Source of the DNA: Candidatus Limnocylindrales bacterium
Lineage (GTDB): Bacteria; Desulfobacterota; Binatia; UBA1149; CAITLU01
Length of the DNA stretch: 64,000 nucleotides
Direction of reading: 5' to 3'
NCBI GenBank assembly: GCA_035626395.1
Contig: DASPNR010000007.1
Coordinates: forward strand, 293,012-357,011
Each line of letters opens with the position of its first letter. The stretch's first letter is position 1. The position numbers were made by a program, and so were the translations under genes. Below are positions 9,401-16,500 of this stretch, in pieces. The notes beneath the pieces were generated by a model that saw nothing but the letters and a program-made list of their open reading frames with translations, made no database searches and was not told where the DNA came from.

Positions 9401-10535
9401 TCTCGATGCTCCTGGAGTAGACGCCGCTGCGAGCCTTCTCGATGCCTGCCGGATTGAGATCGGTGGCGAATATCTGCACCGGCAGGGGCCGTCCTCTCTG
9501 CTGTGCGAACTCCTGGCAGATGATCGCGATCGAATACGCCTCCTCTCCGGTCGAGCAACCCAGAACCCAGATCCGCAGCGGCTCCAGCCGGCTGCGCTCC
9601 GACACCAGTGCCGGAAGAATTTCGTCCCGCAGCGCTTCGAAAGCTTCGGGGTTACGGAAGAAGCTGGTGACGTTGATCAGGATGTCGTGGAAAAGGTTCT
9701 CCACTTCCTCCTGGCTGGAGCGGAGCAGCTCGAGATACTGGCCGAGGTCGTGCAGCTTGTGCAGCACCATGCGCCGGGTCACGCGGCGGAACAGGGTGCT
9801 GTGCTTGTAGTGCGAGAAGTCGGCTCCGAGGCTGTCGCTGATGACGTCGAGGATTTCGCGCAGCTCGTTCCCGTCGAGGCGCTCGCCGGCTTCGAATCTG
9901 TCCCGGTCGACGTACGGGTGGCGCGCCATGCGTCGCAGCTCGCCCGCGATCTGCTCGGGAGGCAGCACCAGATCGACACAGCCGGCCGCAATGGCCGAGC
10001 GCGGCATGCTTACCTGCTGCGCGGTTGAATCCTGCGCGAAGGCGAAGCCGCCGGCGCCCTTGATTTCCTCGAGACCGACGGTGCCGTCGTCGCCCAGGCC
10101 CGAGAGCAGGACGCCGATTGCGCGGCGCCCCTGCTCGGAGGCCAGAGCCAGCAAGAACGTGTCGATCGGCTGCGGCCGCCCGTGCGTGTCGTCGCGCGGC
10201 GTCAGACGGAGCCTGCCACCGGCAATGACCATGCTCGTGTTGGGAGGGATGACGTAGACGTGATCGGGAGCGACCTCCTGATCATCCTCGACCTTGACCA
10301 CCGGCATGTCGGTGAGGCGGGCGAAGACCTCGTCGAGCTGGCTCGGATAGTTGGGCGCAAGGTGCGTGACGAACACGAAGGCCATGCCGGTGTCGGGCGG
10401 CAGGGCCCGTAGCATGGCCGAAAACGCTTCGATTCCACCGGCCGAAGCGCCCACGCCCACCACCGGGAACGGCAGCGCTGGCTCGGGCAGATCGAAAGCT
10501 ATTTCTTCTTTTCGGGCCCCGGTGTCATCGGCCAT
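6438..10535 (-). CDS. Hybrid chemotaxis-type sensor kinase with domain order CheB methylesterase - CheR methyltransferase - PAS - coiled coil - HisKA - HATPase_c - REC
   Basis: GVGASAGG is the CheB motif. VLGCSTGEEAYS marks the CheR SAM-methyltransferase fold. A heptad coiled coil (EELQ...) follows, then HELRNPL, then a DD...D...K receiver domain. Confidence 0.9.
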   Translation of the reverse strand: MADDTGARKEEIAFDLPEPALPFPVVGVGASAGGIEAFSAMLRALPPDTGMAFVFVTHLAPNYPSQLDEVFARLTDMPVVKVEDDQEVAPDHVYVIPPNTSMVIAGGRLRLTPRDDTHGRPQPIDTFLLALASEQGRRAIGVLLSGLGDDGTVGLEEIKGAGGFAFAQDSTAQQVSMPRSAIAAGCVDLVLPPEQIAGELRRMARHPYVDRDRFEAGERLDGNELREILDVISDSLGADFSHYKHSTLFRRVTRRMVLHKLHDLGQYLELLRSSQEEVENLFHDILINVTSFFRNPEAFEALRDEILPALVSERSRLEPLRIWVLGCSTGEEAYSIAIICQEFAQQRGRPLPVQIFATDLNPAGIEKARSGVYSRSIEKDVSPERLRQFFVRMGDCYRVNRATREMCVFATHNGLAEPPFSRMDLVSCRNMMIYLERSLQERLMPTLHYALKPGGILWLGPSEAIVGAAHLFDSASQTFNFYGKKAGARSSPTISAPGTRRSGLAAYWPARSERPAAARSSDPHKEADRLLLARYAPPGVLVTADLEILQFRGDTSRFIAPASGTASLNLLKMLPEALVAPVRNACDRARRDGVPVRTSGIALGTDEDPLEAHVEVIPVRSTGSGDHYLVTFSASPTEDAQPAVPMATMAPEDNDETRRLLSELAATREYLQSVVEQQEAANEELQAANEEVQSANEELQSINEELQTSKEEIESSNEELATLNDELSRRNHELSQTNNDLVNLLASVRMPIIMLGANLRIRRVTPAAERVLNVRSSDVGRSISDLKLGLSIDDLEPLVTEVIDSMTFQEMDVQDKQGRWHSLRIWPYRTLDNRLDGVVLLLVDIDTLARARRYAEAIVAAVAEPLLVLDADLRVQKASDRFYDAMGLSAADVEQSPLPRICDGRWNTADLRRALDAVRYTGTPMEDFEHSFTADGGVRRTLLLNAQRLTRDDGDFSIVLSMKDITHRKALEESLRTRVEQLAQANRRQTEFLAMLAHELRNPLAAMSSGSQVLQMVDDPDTTVRTRAMMERQIAHMARMIDDLLDVSRITSGRIHLRLEPLDLAQVVHRTCEALRPALEGHEQHLHLELDGQATFVDGDPMRLEQILANLLGNSSKFTHEGGNIWVTLSREQADGAAVPAAVVRVRDDGTGLAPEMLSRVFEPFMQVHRSTGSGGGLGIGLTLVRRLVELHGGQIQAGSEGIGRGSVFELRLPIRREDGAMAPMPRTEAERAAAARRVLIVDDNVDAAESLAVLLRLAGHQVRTAHDGEAALHIAARFDPDAILLDIGLPGMDGYEVARRLRKQPQHADTALIAVTGYGQGEDRRKSADAGFNAHLMKPVELAQVETTLARLTRGQDARDFPAS

Positions 10536-10662
10536 GACGGACTCGGCGATCGCGCTGCGTGCGCGGCCGCACTGCGCGGCCGTGCCCCGAGCGGCGCGGC
10601 AGCCGTCGTACGTCCGCGGTCACGCAGCGTCAAGATAAAGTCGCCTGGCCGATGGCCGTAAG

Positions 10663-11052
10663 CTAACGATCGAACACCTTCTCTTCGGAAACGCCATGCG
10701 CGCCGGTCACGTCCTGGCGCGATTCGTGTGGGTCATCGTGCTGGCTGCGCCGGCTGGCCTTGGCGGACGGGTTGTCGTCATCCAGCTGCGCGTGCGCTTC
10801 CCGGTCGCGAGCGAAGCCGGCGTTCTCGCTGGAGCCGCCGACCTGCTGCGTGGAGCCGCCGGCGATCTCACCGGCCTGCTGAGCCGGGCTGTCGGTGGAG
10901 TGGCGTGCGTTCTGCTTGCTCGGATCGGCGCCGACCCCGCCGCCACCGAGACCGGTCTCCGGTGTCTCGCCGTACTCGTACTCCTGTCCCGAGCGGTGGC
11001 CGGTTTTTGAGGGATCGGGTCGGTCGGTGGGCGGCTGTCGTTGCTCGCTCAT
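10663..11052 (-). CDS. Hydrophilic, acidic, predicted disordered protein of 129 aa (possibly stress- or desiccation-related)
   Basis: An internal ATG is preceded by AAGGAGA 6 nt upstream. The sequence is MSEQRQPPTDRPDPSKTGH...EEKVFDR. The 5' part of the listed ORF upstream of this ATG is rejected. Confidence 0.55.
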   Translation of the reverse strand: MSEQRQPPTDRPDPSKTGHRSGQEYEYGETPETGLGGGGVGADPSKQNARHSTDSPAQQAGEIAGGSTQQVGGSSENAGFARDREAHAQLDDDNPSAKASRRSQHDDPHESRQDVTGAHGVSEEKVFDR

Positions 11053-11371
11053 GAGGTCTCCTTGCGCATTCGCGCCGAAGGGGCGCGTCGCGTCTGAAAC
11101 GGCGACTGCCTCCGGCGCCGGATTATTCGTAACGTCCCGTTTGCCGCGAACATTCGCGGGACGGGCTGCCTGACCCGTTCGAGGCGGGTTTCGCACGCAT
11201 CGAGTCTGGGGCGGCCTCTTTGGAGGGACGCCGCCGCATTGCGCGACCGCCTTCGGGTCAAACCGTCTTGCTGAGGTCGCCCTATGCGGCGTAGCCATGG
11301 AGAGAACAGTGATTCCTGACGACCTGCAGCGTTTCCGCGCTGCGCGTGCGCTGAACGAAGGAGAGACCCAG

Positions 11372-13936
11372 ATGCTGACGTTCCGAAGCGCCACGATGAG
11401 AGCCGCCGCGTTGGCGCTCGTCTGCCTGTTCCTTCCCCTGCCGGCCCAGGCACTGACCGACGCCGAGACCGAGTGCCGACTGGTCATCGCCAAGAGCATG
11501 GCCACATACACGCGGGCCGCGCTTCGCGTCACCAAGAAATGCCACCGCCGGCGCAGCGCCGGGCGTATCCCCCTCAGCATCGATTGCAGCGATCTGTCGC
11601 AGGCGGACACGCGCAACAAGCTGCCCGAGTACCGAACGCTCGTGCTCGACCGCATCGGCGGAGCAGGCAGCCCCTGCTCGCAGACGCCCGGGCTCCTGTC
11701 GCGCTACCCGAGTTGTCCCGCGCCTGCCCAGAGCGCCGATGACGGCGGCGCCTCGACGGGAATCGACTCCTTCACCGAGGTGGCGCAGTGCCTGATGGCG
11801 CTGACCGACGCCGAGGTCGGTGATTTGTCCGAGGAGACGGCCGGCGATCCGGCAAGCCCGCTCAGCGAAGCGGCGCTGCAGTGTCAGACGGCGATCTCCG
11901 AAGGCGTCAAGCGCATCGTCAAGCGCTACATGCACGAGCGGCGTCTTTGTCAGCGCAATCTCGACCAGGCGGGCGGCGGTCTCGACTACGGCTGCGAGGG
12001 CGCCGACCCGAACGGCCGCATCGCGCAGGCGCGCACCGCGGTCAGCAACTCCATCGCCACCCACTGTACGCTGTCGCAGGCCGAGCTGGCCACGCTCGAC
12101 TCGTGCGGCGATACCACGGCCGAGCTGCAGCAGTGCGTCGTCGCCGCCGCCGACGAAACCGGCGCCGATCTGATCGAGAACGCCTACGAGCTGCCCGGCG
12201 CAACGACGACGACCACGGAGGCGCCGCCGACCACGACGCTGGCGCCCACGACGACCACGACGATCTCCGGCCCGACGACCACGCTCGGCGCCACCACCAC
12301 GACGATCACCGGCCCCACCACCACCGTGGGACCGACGACGACGACGCTGACGGGCCCGACCACCACCGTCGGGCCGACCACGACGACCCTGACGGGCCCG
12401 ACCACCACGACGATGCCGGAGGCGCAATGCGCCGATACGTTCCCGCTGTGCAACGGCGCGTGCGGCGACGGCACGTTCTGCGGCGTCGACGGGACGGCGT
12501 GCGTCTGCGAGGCGGCCACCGGCGCCTGCGCGCCGGCAACGATCGAACGCGTCTTCCACGCGAAGTACGAGGGCAGCCAGACCAGCCTCAGCACCGGCTG
12601 GACCGGCACGGCGCACGACGTCGACATCCCCGGCGGCAGCCGCGACGTCGTCGACGTCGTCTGCGACCAGGAGTGCGAGAACTGCCAGGTCTCGCTCAAC
12701 GTGCAGGAAGGGCAGACCGTGTCGAACTGTCGCTGCGCTTCCTCGCCGCAGACCACCTGCACCGTCATCAACGGGCCCGATCCCGACAACTGCGGCGTCG
12801 TCGACTCCTCGTGCAACTGCTACTTCGGCTCCCCGCTGGCCATCTCCGCCGGCGGAACGCCGGTGTGCGTGACCAACGAGATCATCGAGGACTACAGCGG
12901 GACGATGAACCTGCGTACCGGCGAATGGTACGAGCGCACCAAGCTCGCCTCGGTGGTCCATCTCGGCGCCGACGTGTTCAATCCCTGCCCGCTGTGCGCA
13001 GGCGACGAAACGGCCAATGACGGCGTTCGCGGCGGCACCTGCGAGGGCGGCCTGCAGGACGGCATGAGCTGCGACGTCAACGGCGACCACCTCACGTTCG
13101 GACCGACCAGCTTCGACTGCCCGCCGCCGAGCCTCAGCAACATCAGCGGCAGCGGGCTGCTGCTCGACCTGAAGTTCTCGACGGGCCCGCAAGCGCTGGC
13201 GGCGAACCTCCCGTGCGATACGCCGGACGATGCGCTGTGCGCGTGCCGCGTCTGCTCGGGCAACAACAGGGTCGGCTGCGCCACCAACGCCGACTGCGAG
13301 GAATTCGACGCAGGAACCTGCACGGCCGGAGGTGGCGCGGGCGTCCAGCCCAACGAGTGCACGGATTTCGAATGCGGCGAGGACGATCGCTGCACGCAGG
13401 GCCCCATCGACAACTTCTGTGACGGCGTGACCCATCCCGACGGCCGCGGTTTCCTCAGCTGCGTGAGCGACCTGGACTGCCAGGCCCTGGGAGCGGGGCA
13501 GTGCACGGTCCAGGATCTGCGCCGCTGCTACAACTATCCGATCGAGACCACCGGCGACCCGGACATCGAGGAGCCGGTCAAGGCATCGATCTTCTGCATC
13601 CCGCCCACGACGAGCCCGGCCGTGAACTCCTCCGGCGGCCTGCCCGGCCCCGGTGTGTTCCGTCTGGACTTCGACGTGGACGTCCGATGCCAGAACGATC
13701 CGACCAAAGCCTACCAGTTCCCGAGCGGCGACAACTGCAACGAGTCCACGACCACGACGATCCAGGGCGGTACGACGCTGCCGCCGCTGACCACGACGCT
13801 GCCGGATGTGCCGACGACGCTGCCGGTGGCGGACTGCGCCCAGGCCACGCCGCCGCTGTGCGTGGGCGTCTGCGGGCCGGGAGAGGCGTGCGTGCAGGGC
13901 CTGTCGGGCTGTCAGTGCGGGGGGATCATGCCCTAA
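11372..13936 (+). CDS. Large secreted cysteine-rich protein with a poly-Thr linker; paralog A
   Basis: RBS GGAGAG precedes the ATG. The signal peptide is MLTFRSATMRAAALALVCLFLPLPAQA. A roughly 70-aa T/P/G linker is encoded by tandem repeats. More than 60 Cys residues follow, with motifs TGWTGTAHD, CNCYFG, NPCPLC, ANDGxRGG, FCIPPT and GLPGPG. Confidence 0.85.
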   Translation: MLTFRSATMRAAALALVCLFLPLPAQALTDAETECRLVIAKSMATYTRAALRVTKKCHRRRSAGRIPLSIDCSDLSQADTRNKLPEYRTLVLDRIGGAGSPCSQTPGLLSRYPSCPAPAQSADDGGASTGIDSFTEVAQCLMALTDAEVGDLSEETAGDPASPLSEAALQCQTAISEGVKRIVKRYMHERRLCQRNLDQAGGGLDYGCEGADPNGRIAQARTAVSNSIATHCTLSQAELATLDSCGDTTAELQQCVVAAADETGADLIENAYELPGATTTTTEAPPTTTLAPTTTTTISGPTTTLGATTTTITGPTTTVGPTTTTLTGPTTTVGPTTTTLTGPTTTTMPEAQCADTFPLCNGACGDGTFCGVDGTACVCEAATGACAPATIERVFHAKYEGSQTSLSTGWTGTAHDVDIPGGSRDVVDVVCDQECENCQVSLNVQEGQTVSNCRCASSPQTTCTVINGPDPDNCGVVDSSCNCYFGSPLAISAGGTPVCVTNEIIEDYSGTMNLRTGEWYERTKLASVVHLGADVFNPCPLCAGDETANDGVRGGTCEGGLQDGMSCDVNGDHLTFGPTSFDCPPPSLSNISGSGLLLDLKFSTGPQALAANLPCDTPDDALCACRVCSGNNRVGCATNADCEEFDAGTCTAGGGAGVQPNECTDFECGEDDRCTQGPIDNFCDGVTHPDGRGFLSCVSDLDCQALGAGQCTVQDLRRCYNYPIETTGDPDIEEPVKASIFCIPPTTSPAVNSSGGLPGPGVFRLDFDVDVRCQNDPTKAYQFPSGDNCNESTTTTIQGGTTLPPLTTTLPDVPTTLPVADCAQATPPLCVGVCGPGEACVQGLSGCQCGGIMP
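12205..12420. repeat. Tandem repeats of about 39 nt encoding the (GPTTTVGPTTTTLT)n linker of Cys-rich paralog A
   Basis: Repeating ggcccgaccaccaccgtgggaccgacgacgacgacgctgacg units are visible. Confidence 0.8.
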
Positions 13937-14008
13937 AGGCTGGCGGCCGCAGCCGAGCGCGGCGGCCGCGGGCGGGCGTGGATCCTGGGGCGCTCGCTCG
14001 TTACGAAG

Positions 14009-14794
14009 GTGGGCATGGATGAACCGTTCGTTCTTCGGGAGGATCGCGGCGGCGTCGTCCGGCTGACGCTGAACCGCGGCGACAAGCTCAATCCATTGTC
14101 GAGCGCGATGCTGGAGGCGTTGCAGACGGAGCTCGATTGTCTGCGCGAGGATGCGTCGGTGCGGGTGGTGGTGCTGGCGGCGGCGGGCAAGCATTTCTGC
14201 GCGGGACACGATCTGCGCGAGATGATCGCGCACCCCGACCAGGCCTGGCAGCAGGCCCTGTTCGCGCGCTGCAACGCGATGATGATGAGCCTGGTGCGAT
14301 TGCCGCAGCCGGTGATCGCTCGGGTGCAAGGCGTGGCGGTCGCCGCCGGCTGTCAGCTGGTGTCGATGTGCGACCTCGCCGTCGCATCGACGGAAGCCCG
14401 CTTCGCTCTGCCCGGGATCAAGAGTGGTCTGTTCTGCACGACGCCCGGCGTCGGCGTCAGCCGCAACGTGTCACGCAAGCATGCGATGGAACTGCTGCTG
14501 ACGGGCGATCCGATCGATGCGCCGACGGCCGAGCGCTGGGGGCTGATCAACCGGGCGGTGGCGCCGGAAAAGCTCGATGATGCGGTGGCGTCGCTGGCAG
14601 CGACCATCGCCAGCTACAGCGCCGCGGTGGTGCGGCTGGGAAAGGAGCGGTTCTATCGCCAGATCGAGTGCGGAATGGACGACGCTTACGCGCTGGCGGC
14701 GGACGCCATGGCCTGCAACATGATGATGGAGGATGCCGGAGAGGGCATCGATGCGTTTCTTGCCAAGCGGACACCGAACTGGCGGCAGCGCTGA
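14009..14794 (+). CDS. Enoyl-CoA hydratase/isomerase (crotonase family)
   Basis: The crotonase fold is recognisable (AAGKHFCAGHDL...). The start is GTG 14009 or ATG 14015. Confidence 0.8.
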   Translation: MGMDEPFVLREDRGGVVRLTLNRGDKLNPLSSAMLEALQTELDCLREDASVRVVVLAAAGKHFCAGHDLREMIAHPDQAWQQALFARCNAMMMSLVRLPQPVIARVQGVAVAAGCQLVSMCDLAVASTEARFALPGIKSGLFCTTPGVGVSRNVSRKHAMELLLTGDPIDAPTAERWGLINRAVAPEKLDDAVASLAATIASYSAAVVRLGKERFYRQIECGMDDAYALAADAMACNMMMEDAGEGIDAFLAKRTPNWRQR

Positions 14795-14835
14795 ACCAGC
14801 CGCTCTGCCCGCGGCAACGCGTGCGAACGCGCGAG

Positions 14836-14882
14836 AAAAAGAAAAGGCCGGGGCGATTACTCGCGCCGGCCTTTTCGTTCTT
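14836..14882. terminator. Bidirectional rho-independent terminator
   Basis: An A-tract is followed by a GC stem (ggccggggcg / cgcgccggcc, one mismatch) and then a T-tract. It lies between the crotonase gene on + and the small secreted-protein gene on -. Confidence 0.6.
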
Positions 14883-14896
14883 GAATCGGGACGGCC

Positions 14897-15187
14897 CTAC
14901 CGCCCTTTGGGAGCAGCGCCGCCGGAAGCGGGTGCGGTCACCGGCCGATTCTCCGGTGTGCCGGGCGCATGTCCGCCGGCCTGACCGCCGACGGCACCGC
15001 CCTGCTGCTGCTGGCACTTCTTCACCTCGTCGACGGAAACGGCCATTCGCTCCGCGATGTCCTCGACCTTGCGGCCCATGTCCAGGTCTTTCTTGATGAG
15101 GCCGCAGTTGACGGCTGCCACGCCGGGAGCGGCAGTCGCAGCGATCAGAGCCATTGCACCAACGACACCAAGAATTGGCTTCTTCAT
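14897..15187 (-). CDS. Small secreted protein (96 aa) with a signal peptide and 2 Cys
   Basis: AAGGAGA RBS is present. The sequence begins MKKPILGVVGAMALIAATAAPGVAA. It is the 3' tail of a long spurious ORF; only this RBS-supported part is kept. Confidence 0.55.
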   Translation of the reverse strand: MKKPILGVVGAMALIAATAAPGVAAVNCGLIKKDLDMGRKVEDIAERMAVSVDEVKKCQQQQGGAVGGQAGGHAPGTPENRPVTAPASGGAAPKGR

Positions 15188-15568
15188 ACTGCTTCTCCTT
15201 CGTCGTCCCGTTTCAGTTCGAGCCACGCTCGTCATCGCTCCCGATGGGATTGCACCCTCATGCGCCGCGCGCTGGTGAAGCATCGGGAAAGCCCGGAGCG
15301 CTGCTCGTGTCGCCGGCAAATATGGGCGTGCTCCGGCGCTGGCAGCAAGGCATTCACCCAGGCGCGGCCGCCGTTGCGGCGCGTATGCATGGTGATCGTG
15401 CGGTGGTGCCGCGGTTTCGCACGCAAAACGGGCGCAGCGCGCCGGCCGCCGGTGCGGTCGCGCCGGGGGTGGCGCAACAGAAGCACGGCGCCGGAGGTCG
15501 GAGTGTCGCGCCACGATCACCCATGGTAGGCAACGATCCACCATCGCATACCGGAGGTCTTCGCATTC

Positions 15569-16303
15569 ATGGAATGGCTGCAGAACCCAGAGGCCTGGAT
15601 CGCGCTCGTCACCCTGACCGTTCTCGAGATCGTTCTTGGCATCGACAACATCGTGTTCATCTCGATCTTGTCGGGAAAGCTGCGCGCCGAAGAGCGAGCG
15701 CGCGCCCGCACGACCGGGCTGGCGCTGGCCATGCTGATGCGAATCGTCCTGCTGATGGCGCTGAGCTGGGTGATCCGGCTGTCGGCGCCGCTGTTCACGG
15801 TCTTCGGCAACGAGATCTCCGGACGCGATCTGATCCTCATCGGCGGCGGCCTGTTCCTCCTGGCCAAGTCGACCTACGAGATCCATCACCGCATGGAAGA
15901 CGACCCGCACGCCGAAGGGGCCAAGCCCGTCCCGTCCTTCACTGCCGTCATCGTGCAGATCCTGATCCTGGACATCGTCTTCTCGCTGGATTCGGTGATC
16001 ACGGCTGTGGGCATGGCCGAGGACGTCGGCGTCATGATCACGGCGGTGGTGCTGGCCGTCGGCTTCATGATGTTCTTCGCGCGGCCGATCGGCGACTTCG
16101 TCGAAAAGCACCCGACCGTCAAGATGCTGGCGCTCAGCTTCCTGCTGCTGATCGGCATGGCGCTCGTCGCCGACGGCCTCGATCAACACATCCCCAAGGG
16201 TTACATCTATTTCGCGATGGGCTTCAGCGTCTTCGTCGAGGCGATGAACCTGCGCGCGGGAACGCGCAGGAGCGGGATCATAGCGACCGGCAAGCCTCAC
16301 TGA
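15569..16303 (+). CDS. TerC family integral membrane protein
   Basis: The LGIDNIVFISIL motif is present and the protein has multiple TM helices. Confidence 0.85.
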   Translation: MEWLQNPEAWIALVTLTVLEIVLGIDNIVFISILSGKLRAEERARARTTGLALAMLMRIVLLMALSWVIRLSAPLFTVFGNEISGRDLILIGGGLFLLAKSTYEIHHRMEDDPHAEGAKPVPSFTAVIVQILILDIVFSLDSVITAVGMAEDVGVMITAVVLAVGFMMFFARPIGDFVEKHPTVKMLALSFLLLIGMALVADGLDQHIPKGYIYFAMGFSVFVEAMNLRAGTRRSGIIATGKPH

Positions 16304-16462
16304 CGCGCGGGCGACGGTGGCGCCCGATCTGCGGCGTTGCGCAGCGAGCGCTCGCTCCGGCGGGCCGCCGGCCGGCCAACGCTGTGCGCCCGCTGCGCGC
16401 CTTGCATCTCGGACAGTCTCGTCGCCGGCGCTCGGCTCGGCGCGCGCGCACTTGCGCCTTGC

Positions 16463-16490
16463 GAAGCGACGTCGTGTGACGTCGCTTCGC
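16463..16490. terminator. Perfect 12-bp-stem hairpin (cgaagcgacgtc-gtgt-gacgtcgcttcg) between the convergent terC-family and clpB genes
   Basis: The inverted repeat is visible directly in the sequence. There is no U-tract, so it may act as a factor-dependent terminator or stability element. Confidence 0.4.
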
Positions 16491-16500
16491 CGTGCCCGCG

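Noticed and set aside
11282-14329. 1015-aa minus-strand ORF
   Set aside because: It is antisense to the RBS- and signal-peptide-supported Cys-rich gene. Its Arg/Ala/Gly-rich composition is typical of a high-GC antisense artefact.
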